Shown: one piece after another, positions 32,941 through 46,069 of the stretch
How positions within the stretch are numbered: the first letter of the stretch is position 1
Layout: every line of letters starts with the position of its first letter
Assembly: GCA_001643675.2 (NCBI GenBank)
Contig: LSRY02000002.1
Span: forward strand, 186,001 to 250,000
Length of the DNA stretch: 64,000 nucleotides
Direction of reading: 5' to 3'
Origin: Monocercomonoides exilis PA203
Lineage: Eukaryota; Protista; Preaxostyla
Notes under the pieces: generated by a model
What the model saw: only the letters and a program-made list of their open reading frames with translations
Told to the model about the DNA's origin: nothing
Database searches by the model: none
Program-made: the position numbers and the translations under genes

Positions 32941-33590
32941 CATATGGGTGATTTTTTTTTTGATATCATAAAAAAATTCCGACGTTTGATCATGAAAAAT
33001 TTCATTAAGGGTGGGGTTAATAAGAGAATTTTTATTTGAAAATTCTTGAAATAAAACTTTAATTGATCATTATTATTAATTATTTGTTGATTTTAATTTG
33101 ATTTTAATAGTTTTTTTCACAGATTTTGAAAAAAAAAGTGAAAAAACAGTTTAATTGCATTATTGAAAACGAATAGAATGAGATGAGTCGAAATCGAAAA
33201 ATATTAATCGAAGTCATCAATTCACGACAATTAACAATTAAAAAAATCAAATCAGCTACGCTCGCTTCTCTTTCAACTGTTTTGTTATCTTCCTCTTTCG
33301 AAAAATACATAATTTTTGTTTCTTGTCCATTTCACACTCATCATCCAAAAACTCCTTTTTCCAAGAATTAGATATCCCATTTCCATCCAGATCTCTCCAT
33401 CATGTGGGTGATTGTTTTTGATGTCATAAAAAAATTCCGAAGTTTGATCAAAAATATATTTCATTAAGGGATGTGTTTGAAGGAAAATAATTTTTATCAA
33501 ATTGTGCGAAAATATACATTAACATATTGTTATTATTAATTATTTGTTGATATTAATTTGTTTCCAATTGTTTTTATTTCAAATATCGAA
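32941..33590. repeat. Diverged direct repeat of about 190 bp (32941-33130 vs 33401-33590); partial inverted copy at 38733-38776
   Basis: Shared strings: TGGGTGATT..TTTGAT.TCATAAAAAAATTCCGA.GTTTGATCA, TTTCATTAAGGG and TTATTATTAATTATTTGTTGAT. Confidence 0.75.
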
Positions 33591-35117
33591 AAATAAAAAT
33601 GATTTATTAAATAAATATCGAAAATTCGATAAACCTAATAAAACATAAGTTAACTGATTTCAAAAACATGATAACAATAATTAAAATAATGATAAACATC
33701 AATTTCATATTCAAATATATGATACATATTGTTATTGAAAATGAAAAAAAATTGATTTGTTGAAATAGAAAATTGTAAATTGAATCGATGAATTTCCACA
33801 GATCTGGTGGCTTACTAGCATATCGTCCTTTCTAATAGCCTTTTCTCCTTTTAATGTTTCTTCTTTTCTCGAAAAGAAGAGGTTTTTGTTTGTTTAATAA
33901 ATCCAACTACTTCTTTAGAAATAAACATCTCAAATTCCCTTCCCAATTTATACATCATGCACGCTTTCCATATGAATTCGCTCTCCCAACTCCATCGTTA
34001 TCCTGCATTACGAGATATCCCCTTTCATTCATTTTCATTCATTTCCACCTCCTCCCCTGAAAACAAAACAAAAACAGTCAACAAGCAAATATTCATAATG
34101 TGAAAAATAAATAAATATCAAACATCTCTTCACCTGTTTTTTGCCAAACAGCCTCATTTCCATAGCCATCATCATTCAAAATAAATCAATCTCTTCATTT
34201 CTGTCTCAGAATTGTTGAACACAACAAGAAATGCATCTCCACAAAATACATCGTGCATTTCACTGAAGGGTCTTTTCAGTCCGTACACATTGTGGTGGAT
34301 GCCCAGAGGTGTTTTTTTCAGTTTTTGGCATGATCATCTCCTTTAATAATATTCTCAACCACACAAAGAAGTATTTGATGTTTATCTCACCAACACTAGG
34401 CACAGGAGATATATGGCGCATACAATTGATGGAAGTTTAAATTTTGTGGAAGAGGACGGAAGTTGAGTGTTTTTGAAAGAATGTTAATATTTCGAGAGAG
34501 ATTTTTGAATAGAAGAAATTCTGAGACAAAAAGGTGGAAAAGAGCAGGTGGAAATTTGTAGAGGAAAATGTAGAAAATATATAGAGAAGTGGTTGAGGAT
34601 GATGAAGAAGGTGATTATTGTTGATTGGAGAAATGGATTTTGAAAAGAAAGAAAAGAGGGCAAAAGTGTGCAAGAAGAAGAATATTCTGAAGTGTTTGAT
34701 TGGAAAAGGAGTATTTTTTTGAGAGGAGAAGATTTTTTGGAAGAGAATGGGAATGATGAAGAAAATGAGTGGATTGATATTTTTTTAAGAAGTTTGTGAG
34801 CTGGATGAAAGATGAAACTGGAAAGGAAAAGAAATTAAGAGAGATAAACGCTTTCATTTTTGAGGGGAATGGAAAGGAAATCGCAAAAAGAAGACAAATG
34901 ACTTTGAAGGAATCAAGCTTTTTTGATTAATAACATTTCATCAGCCTAAATATATGCAATTTGGGTTTTTGTCTCGTTGCGTCGTTAACTTGTTAAATGA
35001 GATGTTTCATTCGGTAAAAAACATCACATGGAACCTCCCTACTTCTTCCTTTGAATTTTTTTGCGTTATTCATGGATTTATCAATCACCAAAAATATTCA
35101 TTTTCATCGTCATCTCA

Positions 35118-35197
35118 TCTTCTTCTTCTTTTTCAAATTCTTCTTCTTCTTCTTCAAATTCTTCTTCTTCTTCTTCAAATTCTTCTTCTTCTTCTTC
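35118..35197. repeat. 21-bp minisatellite (TTCTTCTTCTTCTTCTTCAAA) x about 4
   Basis: Directly visible tandem units. Confidence 0.85.
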
Positions 35198-38054
35198 AAC
35201 ATCATCATTAAAAACAGCAATAGTCAAATTCTTCGAGAAAGAAAAAATAGAAAACTTGTCATCTTCATCTGCCTCTTCTTTCGAACAGTTAGAAGTGAAT
35301 TCATCACAAGAAATAGCGGAAAAATCAGAAATGGACGAAATCATTTTGGATTTCAAAAGAAAACATGCGCCGCGTCTGCTTCTTTCTTTGAACCTTCCGC
35401 CACAAGAAGCAACTCTTCAAAATTCATTTTATGTCCCTGGAAGACAAAGGCAAAAGAAAAAATAATAAAAATTCTTCACAAACATTTTTGACTCATTCAA
35501 TTGCTGGAATTTGTACAGGCACAGGCACATCTCCTTCTTCATTACCCAATGAATCTTTTCTTTCTCTTCATCAGCCATTTCCTTCTCCCTCTCCTTTATC
35601 TTCCTCATCTTCTCCAGCAGAAACAGACCTCTCTCTCCACCCCAAACCACCACATCGTTCTGAGATTGCAATGGCTCGCCGAATAAGAGCAGTGCACCCT
35701 CTCGTCCTCCGACGCTATTTCGACTGCTGTACACAAGTAGAAGCAGACCCAAGGTCATCGCCCTCTTCACTATTTTCTTCTTCCTCGTTGCGTCAATTTT
35801 TTCGCAACAGATTTCTGACAGGCAAAGAGCAGCAGATGAGGAAGATGCAGCAACAGTTCGGAAGAAGAAGGAAAAGACAATATTTTGTTTTCCCACCAGA
35901 TGTGTTTGAGGCGCTACCGCTATTTGCATAATTTCGGATTGTAGAGCGGAATACGAAGAATCTTGAGAAAAGGAAGAAGTTGAAGGCAATGCAGATGAAG
36001 GAAAAGATGAAAATCAAAAAGTGATTTTGGAGGATTCAATGAACAACACCAATGCGGTTGTTTGAAAAGCAAAGATAATCAAACGGAAGCAGAAAAGAAT
36101 ACAAACACCAAAGAATCAATAAGAAACGGCTGAAAAGACCAAATACATTCCAATGAGTCAAATCCCGACCTCTTTCATCGCAAAAGCAGCAAAAACAACT
36201 CCCTTTCCCCCACCTTCTCCTTCTCCACAACCTAAGCAATTCTTTTCAGCAAGAGATTCCTTTGGAACGATTCACTTTACTCGAGGAAAGCGAATGGACT
36301 GCGGATGGAGAGGGGTTAGTGAGATGTGTTGATCGTGCACAGCCAAAAGATGAAGATAGAGATTGGTGTAAAAGGTGCACTAACGATATCGCTGTCACCT
36401 GTTGTTGGAGAAGGAGGGGTGACGTTGGGTGTGATGAGGATGAAGGATTTGAACAAAGAAGTGACAAGGAAGATGCAAGATCAGTTTCTGAATGAGAAAT
36501 TGAAAGTGGACGATGAAGAGGCGAAAATCACGTTTTCTTCATTGGAATCAGATGATCAGAGAGAAAACCATCAAAAGCTGATGAAACTACAAGAAATACA
36601 GAAGATGAAGGAGAAAGAAGAGAAAGAGAGGAGGCAGAAGTGAAAAGAAGAGCAGGAGTTCAGAAAAATGGAAAAAATGACGAAGAAGATAGAGGAAAAA
36701 GACAAGAATCTGTTCAGCAGCATCCAAGGAATACTACAGCCACACCTTGAGACAGGCACTCCGACCAACCAGAAGGAGAACAAAATGGCAAGCGAGGCGC
36801 AACAAGAGGCGAAAGAAAGCCAAACGCCATTTTTGACAAGAGAGCGGAAATTGGACTTCATGCTGAATGATTTAGCTAATTCTGACTTAGAAGATTTGGA
36901 CAATGAACTGGATGTGCCTTTCCGTTATGTTCGCATCAAAAGCGAGGAAAACGGGCAATTTGTGTAGAAGAAGCGGAAAATGCCTGTGTATGCGGTAGTT
37001 TACGAGAGGCAGACAAGAACGCGGTTGGATCTGATGAGTGCGCTGAAGATCGTTCTTAAGCAAAGCTGTGCCGACCTGCGAAGAGGAAGCAGAAGTGACA
37101 CACAGAAAGGGAAGGAAAGGAGCAGGGAAAGGATCACCTCTGCTGTTTCAGAAGGAGAATGTGATAAGAACATTCAGTCAGACCAGCTTGCCCGTGAAAA
37201 GAGATGCGTTATCAAAACTGTTTTCTTCGCTGTTGGTATCAAAGTTGGCATCTTTCTTCGCTTCGCAGAATTCAATGGCGATGGATCTGATGCAGAAATA
37301 CCCTACCCTCAATTCGGTTGCGCCTTTTGATTCAGCTGCTGATCTTGCTGTAAATACAAACATTGCTCTTAGTCCTCTCTCTAACTGCACTTCTTCGCTT
37401 GTCAATTCGTTCATTTTTATGAACATTCAACTTCAATTTTCTCCTTCTTTCAGAATCTCTTCATCTCTTTCCCTCTTATCTCAAGCTGTTCATCCATCTG
37501 CTTCTATTTCTGCTACTCCTGGCTCACTTTCTCCACTTTCACTTCATGCAGAAACTTCTTCCTTCTCTTTTATTCAACTCTCCATGAATTCGACATCGTT
37601 TCTCATCTTTCATTTCAATTCATAATCGCAAAATGAATCTTCATTCAATCACTGAATATCATCTTAAGTTTATGGAGATCGAAGAAATTCAATGTTTATC
37701 CGAGAAAAGCAGACCGCCAAGCGGGTGATTAAAAGAAGAGATAGATTTTGCTATTTGCATTTGGAAGCTGAAGGATGCTCCAAAAATTGAAAGAGCGAGT
37801 GGAAAAGATTTCTTTGAACAAACAGTTGCAGTGATGGTTTTCAACAGATTTCACAATGCTGTATGGATTCAATAAATCGCGGAAGATGAAATGGGAGAGG
37901 AAATGACAGAAATATTTTCATCAGAGCAAATGTTAGACTTCTCGAAAGAAAAGTGAAGATATGTTCTCGTATTGAAAAGAAGATGAAAGATCAATGGTTT
38001 TATTATTAAATGGAAAATATTCAAAATTAATAAATGGAAGGAATAATAAAGAAA

Positions 38055-38460
38055 TCACTGGAAATGAAAAAGTTCATCATTTCCAGTGATTTTTGTGTCA
38101 GCCGCACTGAAGGTGAGTGTATGAGAAGGAGTAAAAGTTGAGCTGAGGAGTGTGAGAGAGGCGTCTGGGAGGAGGGAAATGAAGCCGTTGAGGGCATACT
38201 CGATATTGGCACACGGAGTCTGTTGGGGTCTGCCACAGGAATCAACATCAGTTCCACCATTTGCAACGATTTTGTTCAAAGCGATGAGGAGGAGCCAGCT
38301 GTTGAACTCTGCTTTATCAAATAATCCACTATATCTGTATACGTTTGATGAAGTTGACAAATCAAATAAAGGAATGGAGATTTGTTAGCTGTGCAAAGAC
38401 GAAGAAAAAAAAGAAAAATAACAAAAAATAATAAATTGGTTTCAATAATTTTGTTTTCTT
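38055..38460 (-). pseudogene. Fragment of the beta-helix surface-protein family
   Basis: IVANGGTDVDSCGRPQQTPCANIEYAL matches the family stalk-module motif (V..G.D...CG....PC.TI..AL). Short, with no downstream continuation. Confidence 0.65.
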
Positions 38461-41329
38461 TTTTCTTTTTTGTTCTTCTTTTTAATGTTTTCTTTGCAAT
38501 ATTTTGTTTTTCCAGTTTTGAAATTTCTGTTAACCTTTTTAAAATAAATTTTTCTTTTCTTTTTTTGAAAACTTGATCAAAATATTCAATTTCACAAAAA
38601 AATCGAAAAGTATGCTTTTTTCATATTAATGAATACAACAAATATACATTAAAGAAATAAAGTGCAAAAAACTTGCAAAAAATCAATTTGACTATTCGAT
38701 CAAAAATTACCACAATAGTATTTATTTTTTCGATTTTTGATCTTTTTTTATGATTTCAAAAAAAATCACCCATATTTATATGTATTATTTTTCACATATT
38801 TTAGAGTTTGTTTGAGGAATTATCATTTAAGACAACTTTGATAACAACCTAAGTTGGAAATATTTCAAGAAAATGTTGATTTCTTCTTCCTTTCGCATTG
38901 GAACGATTTTTTCGTATTGAAAAGGCTATTTACCAAACTGACTGATAATGTATATTAAGATATTTTTTCAAAATTTTGAACTAATCCAGTATCATAATCT
39001 TCATTTTTCAATTATGATTTTTTTGAAATGATTATATTTTATTTTTTGATTAGGACAGATATTTAACTAAAAAGCCGTTTGCATTTTAGCATGCTCATCC
39101 AATTGCTGGCTGGTGAGTAATGACATTTCTTTTTTGTTATCAACGTTTGCACGAACAAAAAAAATCAAAAAGAATATGCAAAAATTACTCATTCCTTAAA
39201 CATCTTTGGCAATTCAACGTAAATACTAGTTTGAAAACTTCTTTTGATAAAAATATGGATATGTTAATTGTTAATTTGCTTTGATTCATATTTTCACGTT
39301 GCGAAAATATATTTCATTTTTTTTCTGCAACACTTTTGTATTTTATCCACTCACAATCATGTGTTATTTTTCTGTCAACTTAGCATGATCCAAAGTATAT
39401 CGTCATCTTCAAAATTCACAAATTTGTAATTATAAAGTCTTGTTAACACATTACAACTAAAATTCTGTGTCACCCCGAAGAACAAAATTATTCGTCAGTC
39501 ACTTCTTCATTTTTTTTTTGGGTTTTAACATTGATGATTGAGTGGCACAATAACATAAAAATGATTCGTGTTATTATTCTCAAAAATTTCAAAGAAATTA
39601 TCTCTTGCATGACACATATTAAATTTATCAAATTTCATCGTTTGACTTTCAAAAGAATAATACAAAAAATGCTGTCAAATTTCGAAAGAGATTTATTGAA
39701 ATGATTATTACATCAAATATAGATTCATGCAATATATGTATATATTCCGGATTCCAAATAGAACAATAACTGCTTTTGGAAGATTTTTTTTGTTGAAAAG
39801 CATGGCGAAATCGTTTGTTTCCCTAAAAAGATATATTGCAATCAACACAAGTTATGGAATTGGAATTCTTCATAACTATCCATTTACAAGCACGTCATCG
39901 TTCAGTAATGACAGATTGAATTCTTCATTTTCTTCTTTCAAGCCAGTTCCTGCAAGTTGTATAACAGAATAATTGCCTTTTGTTCTTCTTTTTTTCAAAG
40001 GATATTTGAGAGAACATGTGGAAGAAGAGTTTAAATCAACAATACTGTGATTGTTTGAGAAATTGGAGAAGGAGAAAAGAGAAGAATGGAAAGAAGAGAA
40101 TAAAAGTGAAAAGCTATCTTCAACATATGCCTGAGTATCCTGAGCATCATCGAAGCTCTGAAATTATTTCTCCGAACCGATGAGCCGAGATCCTTCGAGA
40201 AGAAATGTGGAGCAACAATATCAATGGAAAGCGAGAGAGCTGGTGGGGGAGAATAAGCTGCAACAAAAGAAAAAGGTCCGATGGGATAATTGGACGAATT
40301 TTTTGAGGTCAGAAGAAATGGATCAGTTCAATGCTCTGTTGGACAGGTTTTGTGTGATTGTTGATCTGTCGGTGATGTTGCAGCAGCTGAAGAATATAGC
40401 AAAAGAAGAGAACGCACTAGGAATCTCAGCAAAGAAAAACTCCGATACAAAAGAGACACCGATGAAGCTGAAGGCTATTCTGCGAAAGCTGGACAGTTCC
40501 TAAGCAATCGAATTGGAGCAGATTCTGTCACAAGAGGGGCAATATAGGGGAGGAAGAACGTACTGTAAATGCGCACGTTCAGCCAGCGGCATCCAGGTGT
40601 ATCTATTGCATACTCAGTTATTGTGATAAGACAGGGAAGGGAAATTGTTGCAGATGTTGTGAATCTGTCAAACGGAATCGAGAGAGAAGGGATCAACAGA
40701 GAAAGAGATATAGTATGGTGGAGAGAGAGAGGGAGAGGCTAAAGGAGAGCTTTTATGTGGAAGATGGCAGAGGATAAACAAATGGCGAGTGCAAAATGAC
40801 AAATCAAAAACAGCAACCGCAGCCAAAGCGGTAATGACAACGCTCAAAGAAGAAGTTGATGAATTTGAGTGGTTTGCGACAATGGGAAAGAGGAGAAAGA
40901 TGAAAAGGAAAACGATGAACAAACGGAGGATATGGAGGAGCATGCGAGGAGCATGTGGAGAGGAATGCAGTGTGGATGTTACGATAGTGGAAGAGAGCCG
41001 ATGCAATGGACGATTGTGGGTTACTCGCCGATCATTGCAAATATTCAAAGGAATGCTGAGTTTGCATATCATCCAATATGAAACATGGAGAATATGTGGA
41101 TAGCAAGCTCAACACGCTGCAAGCAACATCAGCCGCAATATTATCCTTTCTCTTCTCGAAAACAAGCACAAGCACAAGCACCATTGTGAATGCAGCAGTC
41201 ACCAAGGCTACCCCATGCATGTCAGGGAGCATTGATAAATCCAGGGTTCTTCACACACGAAGATGGAATAGACAACCATTTCTTAACTTCATCATCGTTA
41301 TCGTCATCATCATCCTCTTCTATTTTTTC

Positions 41330-41497
41330 TTCCTCTTCTTCTTCCTCTTCCTCTTCCTCTTCTTCCTCTTCCTCTTCCTCTTCTTCCTCTTCCTCTTCCT
41401 CTTCTTCCTCTTCCTCTTCCTCTTCCTCTTCCTCTTCTTCCTCTTCCTCTTCCTCCTCCTCCTCCTCCTCCATCTCTTCTTCTTCTTCTTCTTCTTC
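41330..41497. repeat. Compound (TTC/CTC, TTCCTC)n polypyrimidine microsatellite
   Basis: About 170 nt almost entirely C/T on the + strand. Confidence 0.95.
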
Positions 41498-43611
41498 AAA
41501 CAAAAATAATGCTCTTCGAATACTCCATTTTCATTTCGTTTTCATAATTGAATTATCAAACAACAATAAGTCCATTTAATTCTAATATGCTTCTTCAAAG
41601 AAGGAATAAAAACTTTTCATTCTCTCTGTATTTCTTTCTATGGAAACACCACTGCCTCCGACTTTGCATCCATCGCTCTCTTCCACTTCTTCCGCCTCTC
41701 TTTCTCAAATACTTCGCTCACACTCCGATCTGGACTTTCCTTCTTCTCTCTTTCGTCCACACCGTCTGCAAAAGTAGCTTCTCGTACATCCGAAAGCAGA
41801 TTCCAGCCATCTATCAGCTGAGTGCTGAGAATATGGAAGCATTTATAATCAATTTTCATTGAATTGTGCTTCTTAAGAAAATTCTCCATTTAGCGCTTGT
41901 CGAAATAGAGAAGAGAGTGATGTGTATGCTTTTGGAAGCAGCACCAGCTCGTTTGAAAACCTCATCTTGTTGAATTTAACAGGAACGGAGAATGCAATTT
42001 TGGAGATTGCGCTGATTGAAGGTGAAAAAATGCAAAATGCCCATCGGGAGAGAAATGGCAAGAATAGGAGAAGAGATAGGCGGAATAATGATTATTGACT
42101 GAAGAAAGGAAAATCATTTGCATTTTGAAAAAATATGAGATGTCACATCAAAATTCGCATGTTTATTTTAAATAAGAAATGAAAATGATCTGAAAAAAGA
42201 TTCTTTCAAAATATCACAATTTTAACAAACAGTTCTAAAATCAATTGATAAGATCTGACATTTTTCCCCAACTGCTTTGTAACCACTGGAAAATAATTGA
42301 TTTCCATAAAATTAGCTGAACAGAAATTGGATTGGACCATTTAAAATGTTGAGAATATATAGAAAGATATCCATTTCTTTGATAATATTGGGTAAGGATT
42401 ATATGAAATTCATCAATCATGCATTTATCCATTTCATTTCTTTCAAAAGTTGATAAATACTACAACAAACAAAGTTTAATAAACTAATTTTTTCTTGACC
42501 AAACAAGTTTAATCAAGGTTCTCTGATGTTGCAAATCAGTCGAAAGAATGAATAGTTGAACACTGTATTGAATATTCTGCGAAATGCATTATTTTCAATA
42601 CTTAAACATTAAAATAGACTCCGTTCACTGGCTGAAAAGTACTCGTGCGATTCGCATCATCATCATCGGCATGTTCCTCCTTCGCTTCACAAATATTATG
42701 ATTTGAGCACCACACAATTATTATCTTTCTCCAACGAATTCCTTCGTATTTGATGTTCATTTTTTCATGATAATGAATATCTTCCTTTTTTTAAAACAAA
42801 TTATCATCACTAATACTTTCTTGTAAGTCAAATATCTTTTTATCATTGCTCACAGCTTTGAGCACTTCATTCAATTTTCAAAGAATGAATGAATTTGAAA
42901 TTTCCACGATTATCTAATCAATGCACAAAAAATTTCCATTTATCGAATCCGAGAATCCAATATTTTGTTTTCATTAATAATTGACAAGTGACTTGACAGT
43001 GACGAAAGTGACAAAATTTTGTGAAGTGGCAAAAGATCTGAAAAAGTGACGATAAAAAAAAATCATTGAGGCACTTGGTCAAATTTTTTATCCAAAATTC
43101 AAAAATGAAGTTTAAGTTTGAAAAAAAAATTTTTTTCAAATTCGAAATAATTATGGGGGGAAATATGAACATTCAAGCTTTTTTTGCACAAGGCATTAAA
43201 AAATTGTTTCACTCATAACTTTGGCATTCTCAGATTTCAAAATAAATTTGATTTTCATATCCTTAAACAGGCATCGTTGAAATCAAATCAAAAATTGTGA
43301 AATTCAACGTATGTTAAAAAAATGGACACTTTTTTATCATGGTTTTTTGTATAAAAAAGTCATTGAAAAGTGCATTATTATTCAAAAAAATATGCCTGAA
43401 GCAAAATATTTTGCCCCATATTTTTTTTAAAAAAATAACAAAGTTTATTTATTGTTTGTACGTACCAGCAGAAAAAAAGAGCTTTTGATTAAATCAAACA
43501 GTGACAATGTTATTATCAATTCGTCAGTCACTGAAGAAAAAAAGGATCGTCACTGTCAGAGTGACGAAGAGGTTTCCTTTTAAGAATGGAAATAAAATTT
43601 TGTTCTCATTA

Positions 43612-45918
43612 TATGGCTGATCCTTTTCGAAATCATTCTTTCGTTCGAGTTTTGATCAAAAATATAATCTCAATGGGATTTTGAAAATATGAACGATATC
43701 GGTTTATGCACACACAGCCTGTCCAAAAAAATGTTGATCATCACTCAAAATAAAAAAAAGGAAAAAGAAAAAAAAAGACTCTCCCTATATCGATTGCTGA
43801 AATAACGAGAAAAATTTAATTTTAACAATATTCTTATAAGATGCGAGAACACCAAACAAAAGGACGTTATTGAGCAGCCAAGTTCCAAATATATCAGAAT
43901 ACAGAGTTGAATACATCGCAACGCATTTTTCACATCCTTTGGAAGAAATGATTCATGAAAAAATAAGAATGAGAGCAGCTTTGAAAGAAAAGGAAGACAG
44001 AGAATAAAAATTTGAAAAATTTAGGAAGAAGGATACTGATGTTGAAGGAAAATGCAAAAGGCCACACACTCCAGCAACTGTTGAAAAAAGAAAAAAGAAC
44101 TAACGGATTTATTCAGAATTCAGGGAAGAAACAAGTCCAAAAGCTGGTATGCGAATGAATGTTCCTTTGCAAACATCACCACCAGCAAATATTCACAAAA
44201 ACTGCAGATTGGTATAGATATTATTTCCAATGAAAAACAAAAAGGAATGAAAAAATAGAGAATAATGATCGATACAAGAATCTCAAAAAAACAAAAAATG
44301 GAGCTAAATCCATTATCCACCCTTCGAACGATATCACACATGCTTTCTTCAACTGGTTTGCATATTTCAAAATCTTCTGTGCACCATGCGCTTCAAGAAA
44401 AAAACAATGATACATATTTATTCCCCATATTTTCTTTCAAGAGAATTACTGTCAGGCCAGGATAGGCAAACATCGATGAAAATAAGAAACAAAGTATTCA
44501 TTTCATTGATAAATAATCTCAATACGAGAAAGATGGCTCGTTAATTTTCAACATCGATAAGACGTCATGGAATGTCAATTGCATAAGATAATACGGTTGG
44601 GAATAAAGAGGAGAAAAAGTGTTGGTTCCTCCACCTCCACTATTTCAATATATTGCAGCTATCACATCAATATCCATGTAAGGAATGGGACGTACAGAAG
44701 TGATAAGAGGAACAGTCAACCATGAAGTGTTTGAAGTCTACATTAAGCGTTTTCTATTTTCCATGAAAATTTTTAAATCATCTGTGATCGTAATGGATAA
44801 TGCAACAATCCATCATATTAGCACGGACAGTCTTATTGAAGAAGCTGAGCATGTTTTGCTATTTAACGATGCATATTCTCCAATTTTGAACCCAATCGAG
44901 AATATATTTGGAATTTGGAAGGCAAGAGTTGAACCAAATACGTCAAAGAAGGAAGAAGAGTCGAACTTTTTCTCTGAAATGGCAAAAACCTTTGTCTAAA
45001 TTTCTGCCAGAGAAGTCAGAAAAACCATTATGGATGCCGAAACAAATATATGGCCGCAGGTCATATCCTTGAAGGATCTGTGAAGTTTTCACTTTAAATT
45101 TTTTTCCACATTTCATAAGTTTTTTTGTTTCAAACGCAACATTCGCTTTCTTATTGCTATGTTTTTTTTTTGAAACGAAAACAAAGAAGAAAAAACATTT
45201 GTGTAACTTCTTCATTTATTTGTTCGTTCATTATATTTTTGAAACTTCTATTAACAAAACAAAAACAAATATTAAAAACATCTTTTTGTTTTTTATTATA
45301 AAAAAATAAAATCACATTATCCAATAGTTTCACAAATTCTATTGGATGAGGTTGTCATTGAAATGAATTCAATAGCTTAAAAAAACAATAAACAATACAT
45401 CAACAACTATTCTTCAAACATGCTTGATTGAAAGGAAATAAGTAGTTGCAATAGAAATCAAAAAAAATGATGATGACAAATTTTAAAAACAAACAAAAAC
45501 TTCACAACCTGCGAAGCAAAATAAAAGCACTATGTTAAATTCTTCCACTTGTTTGTTTAACAAAAAGATATACACAAACAAACACTATTCTGTTGAAAAA
45601 TTAACTATTTGCCAAGCAATTCATTATCAATATAATAACTAATATAAAGATAATGTTTCAATTTCCAAAACAACACACCCTTGTGTCTTTTTTGCTTCAG
45701 AGTTCATTTATTCATTGAAAATTCACAAATTAATGAAAAGAAAAAGTTTCCACAAGCGAAATAGGAACACCTTTTTTTATTTTGAGTGATGATCAACATT
45801 TTTTTGGACAGGCTGTGTGTGCATAAACCGATATCGTTCATATTTTCAAAATCCCATTGAGATTATATTTTTGATCAAAACTCGAACGAAAGAATGATTT
45901 CAAACAGATTCAGCCATA
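43612..45918 (+). mobile_element. IS630/Tc1-superfamily DNA transposon, about 2.3 kb, TIRs about 150 bp, TA (or TATA) target duplication
   Basis: 43612-43760 is a near-perfect inverted copy of 45770-45918 (TATGGCTGA...GATATCGGTTTATGCACACACAGCCTGTCCAAAAAAATGTTGATCATCACTCAAAAT). TA at 43610-11 and 45919-20. Internal transposase remnant. Confidence 0.92.
43948..45083 (+). pseudogene. IS630/Tc1-like DDE transposase, interrupted by TAA/TAG codons and one frame change at about 44091
   Basis: One frame (44085-45083) contains an HTH-like region (ISKSSVHHAL), NIDKTSW (first D), YGW, VIVMDNATIH and YSPILNPIENIFGIWK (D-33-E). Seven internal TAA/TAG; terminal TGA at 45081-83. Confidence 0.88.
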
Positions 45919-46069
45919 TATCATGTTTTATTCATTTTTTTCCAAAAAGTGATCATTACGTAATTATATATCAAAAACAAAAAATATGTTTATTTTGATG
46001 TTAGCGGAGTGATCGACAACAAACAAAGCATATATTACTGAAGGGCTCAGTCGAGTCGACAGGTTTGTG

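Noticed and set aside
33780-37950. Short ORFs suggesting genes (also at 39900-42070, 50050-50720 and 62050-64000)
   Set aside because: Coding-like composition but fragmented, with no motif I can assign. They may be decayed or intron-rich genes; tBLASTn or RNA-seq would be needed.
41078-41579. Poly-Glu, poly-Ser and poly-Phe/Leu ORFs
   Set aside because: Open frames are a by-product of the microsatellite; flanking frames are broken and unrecognisable.
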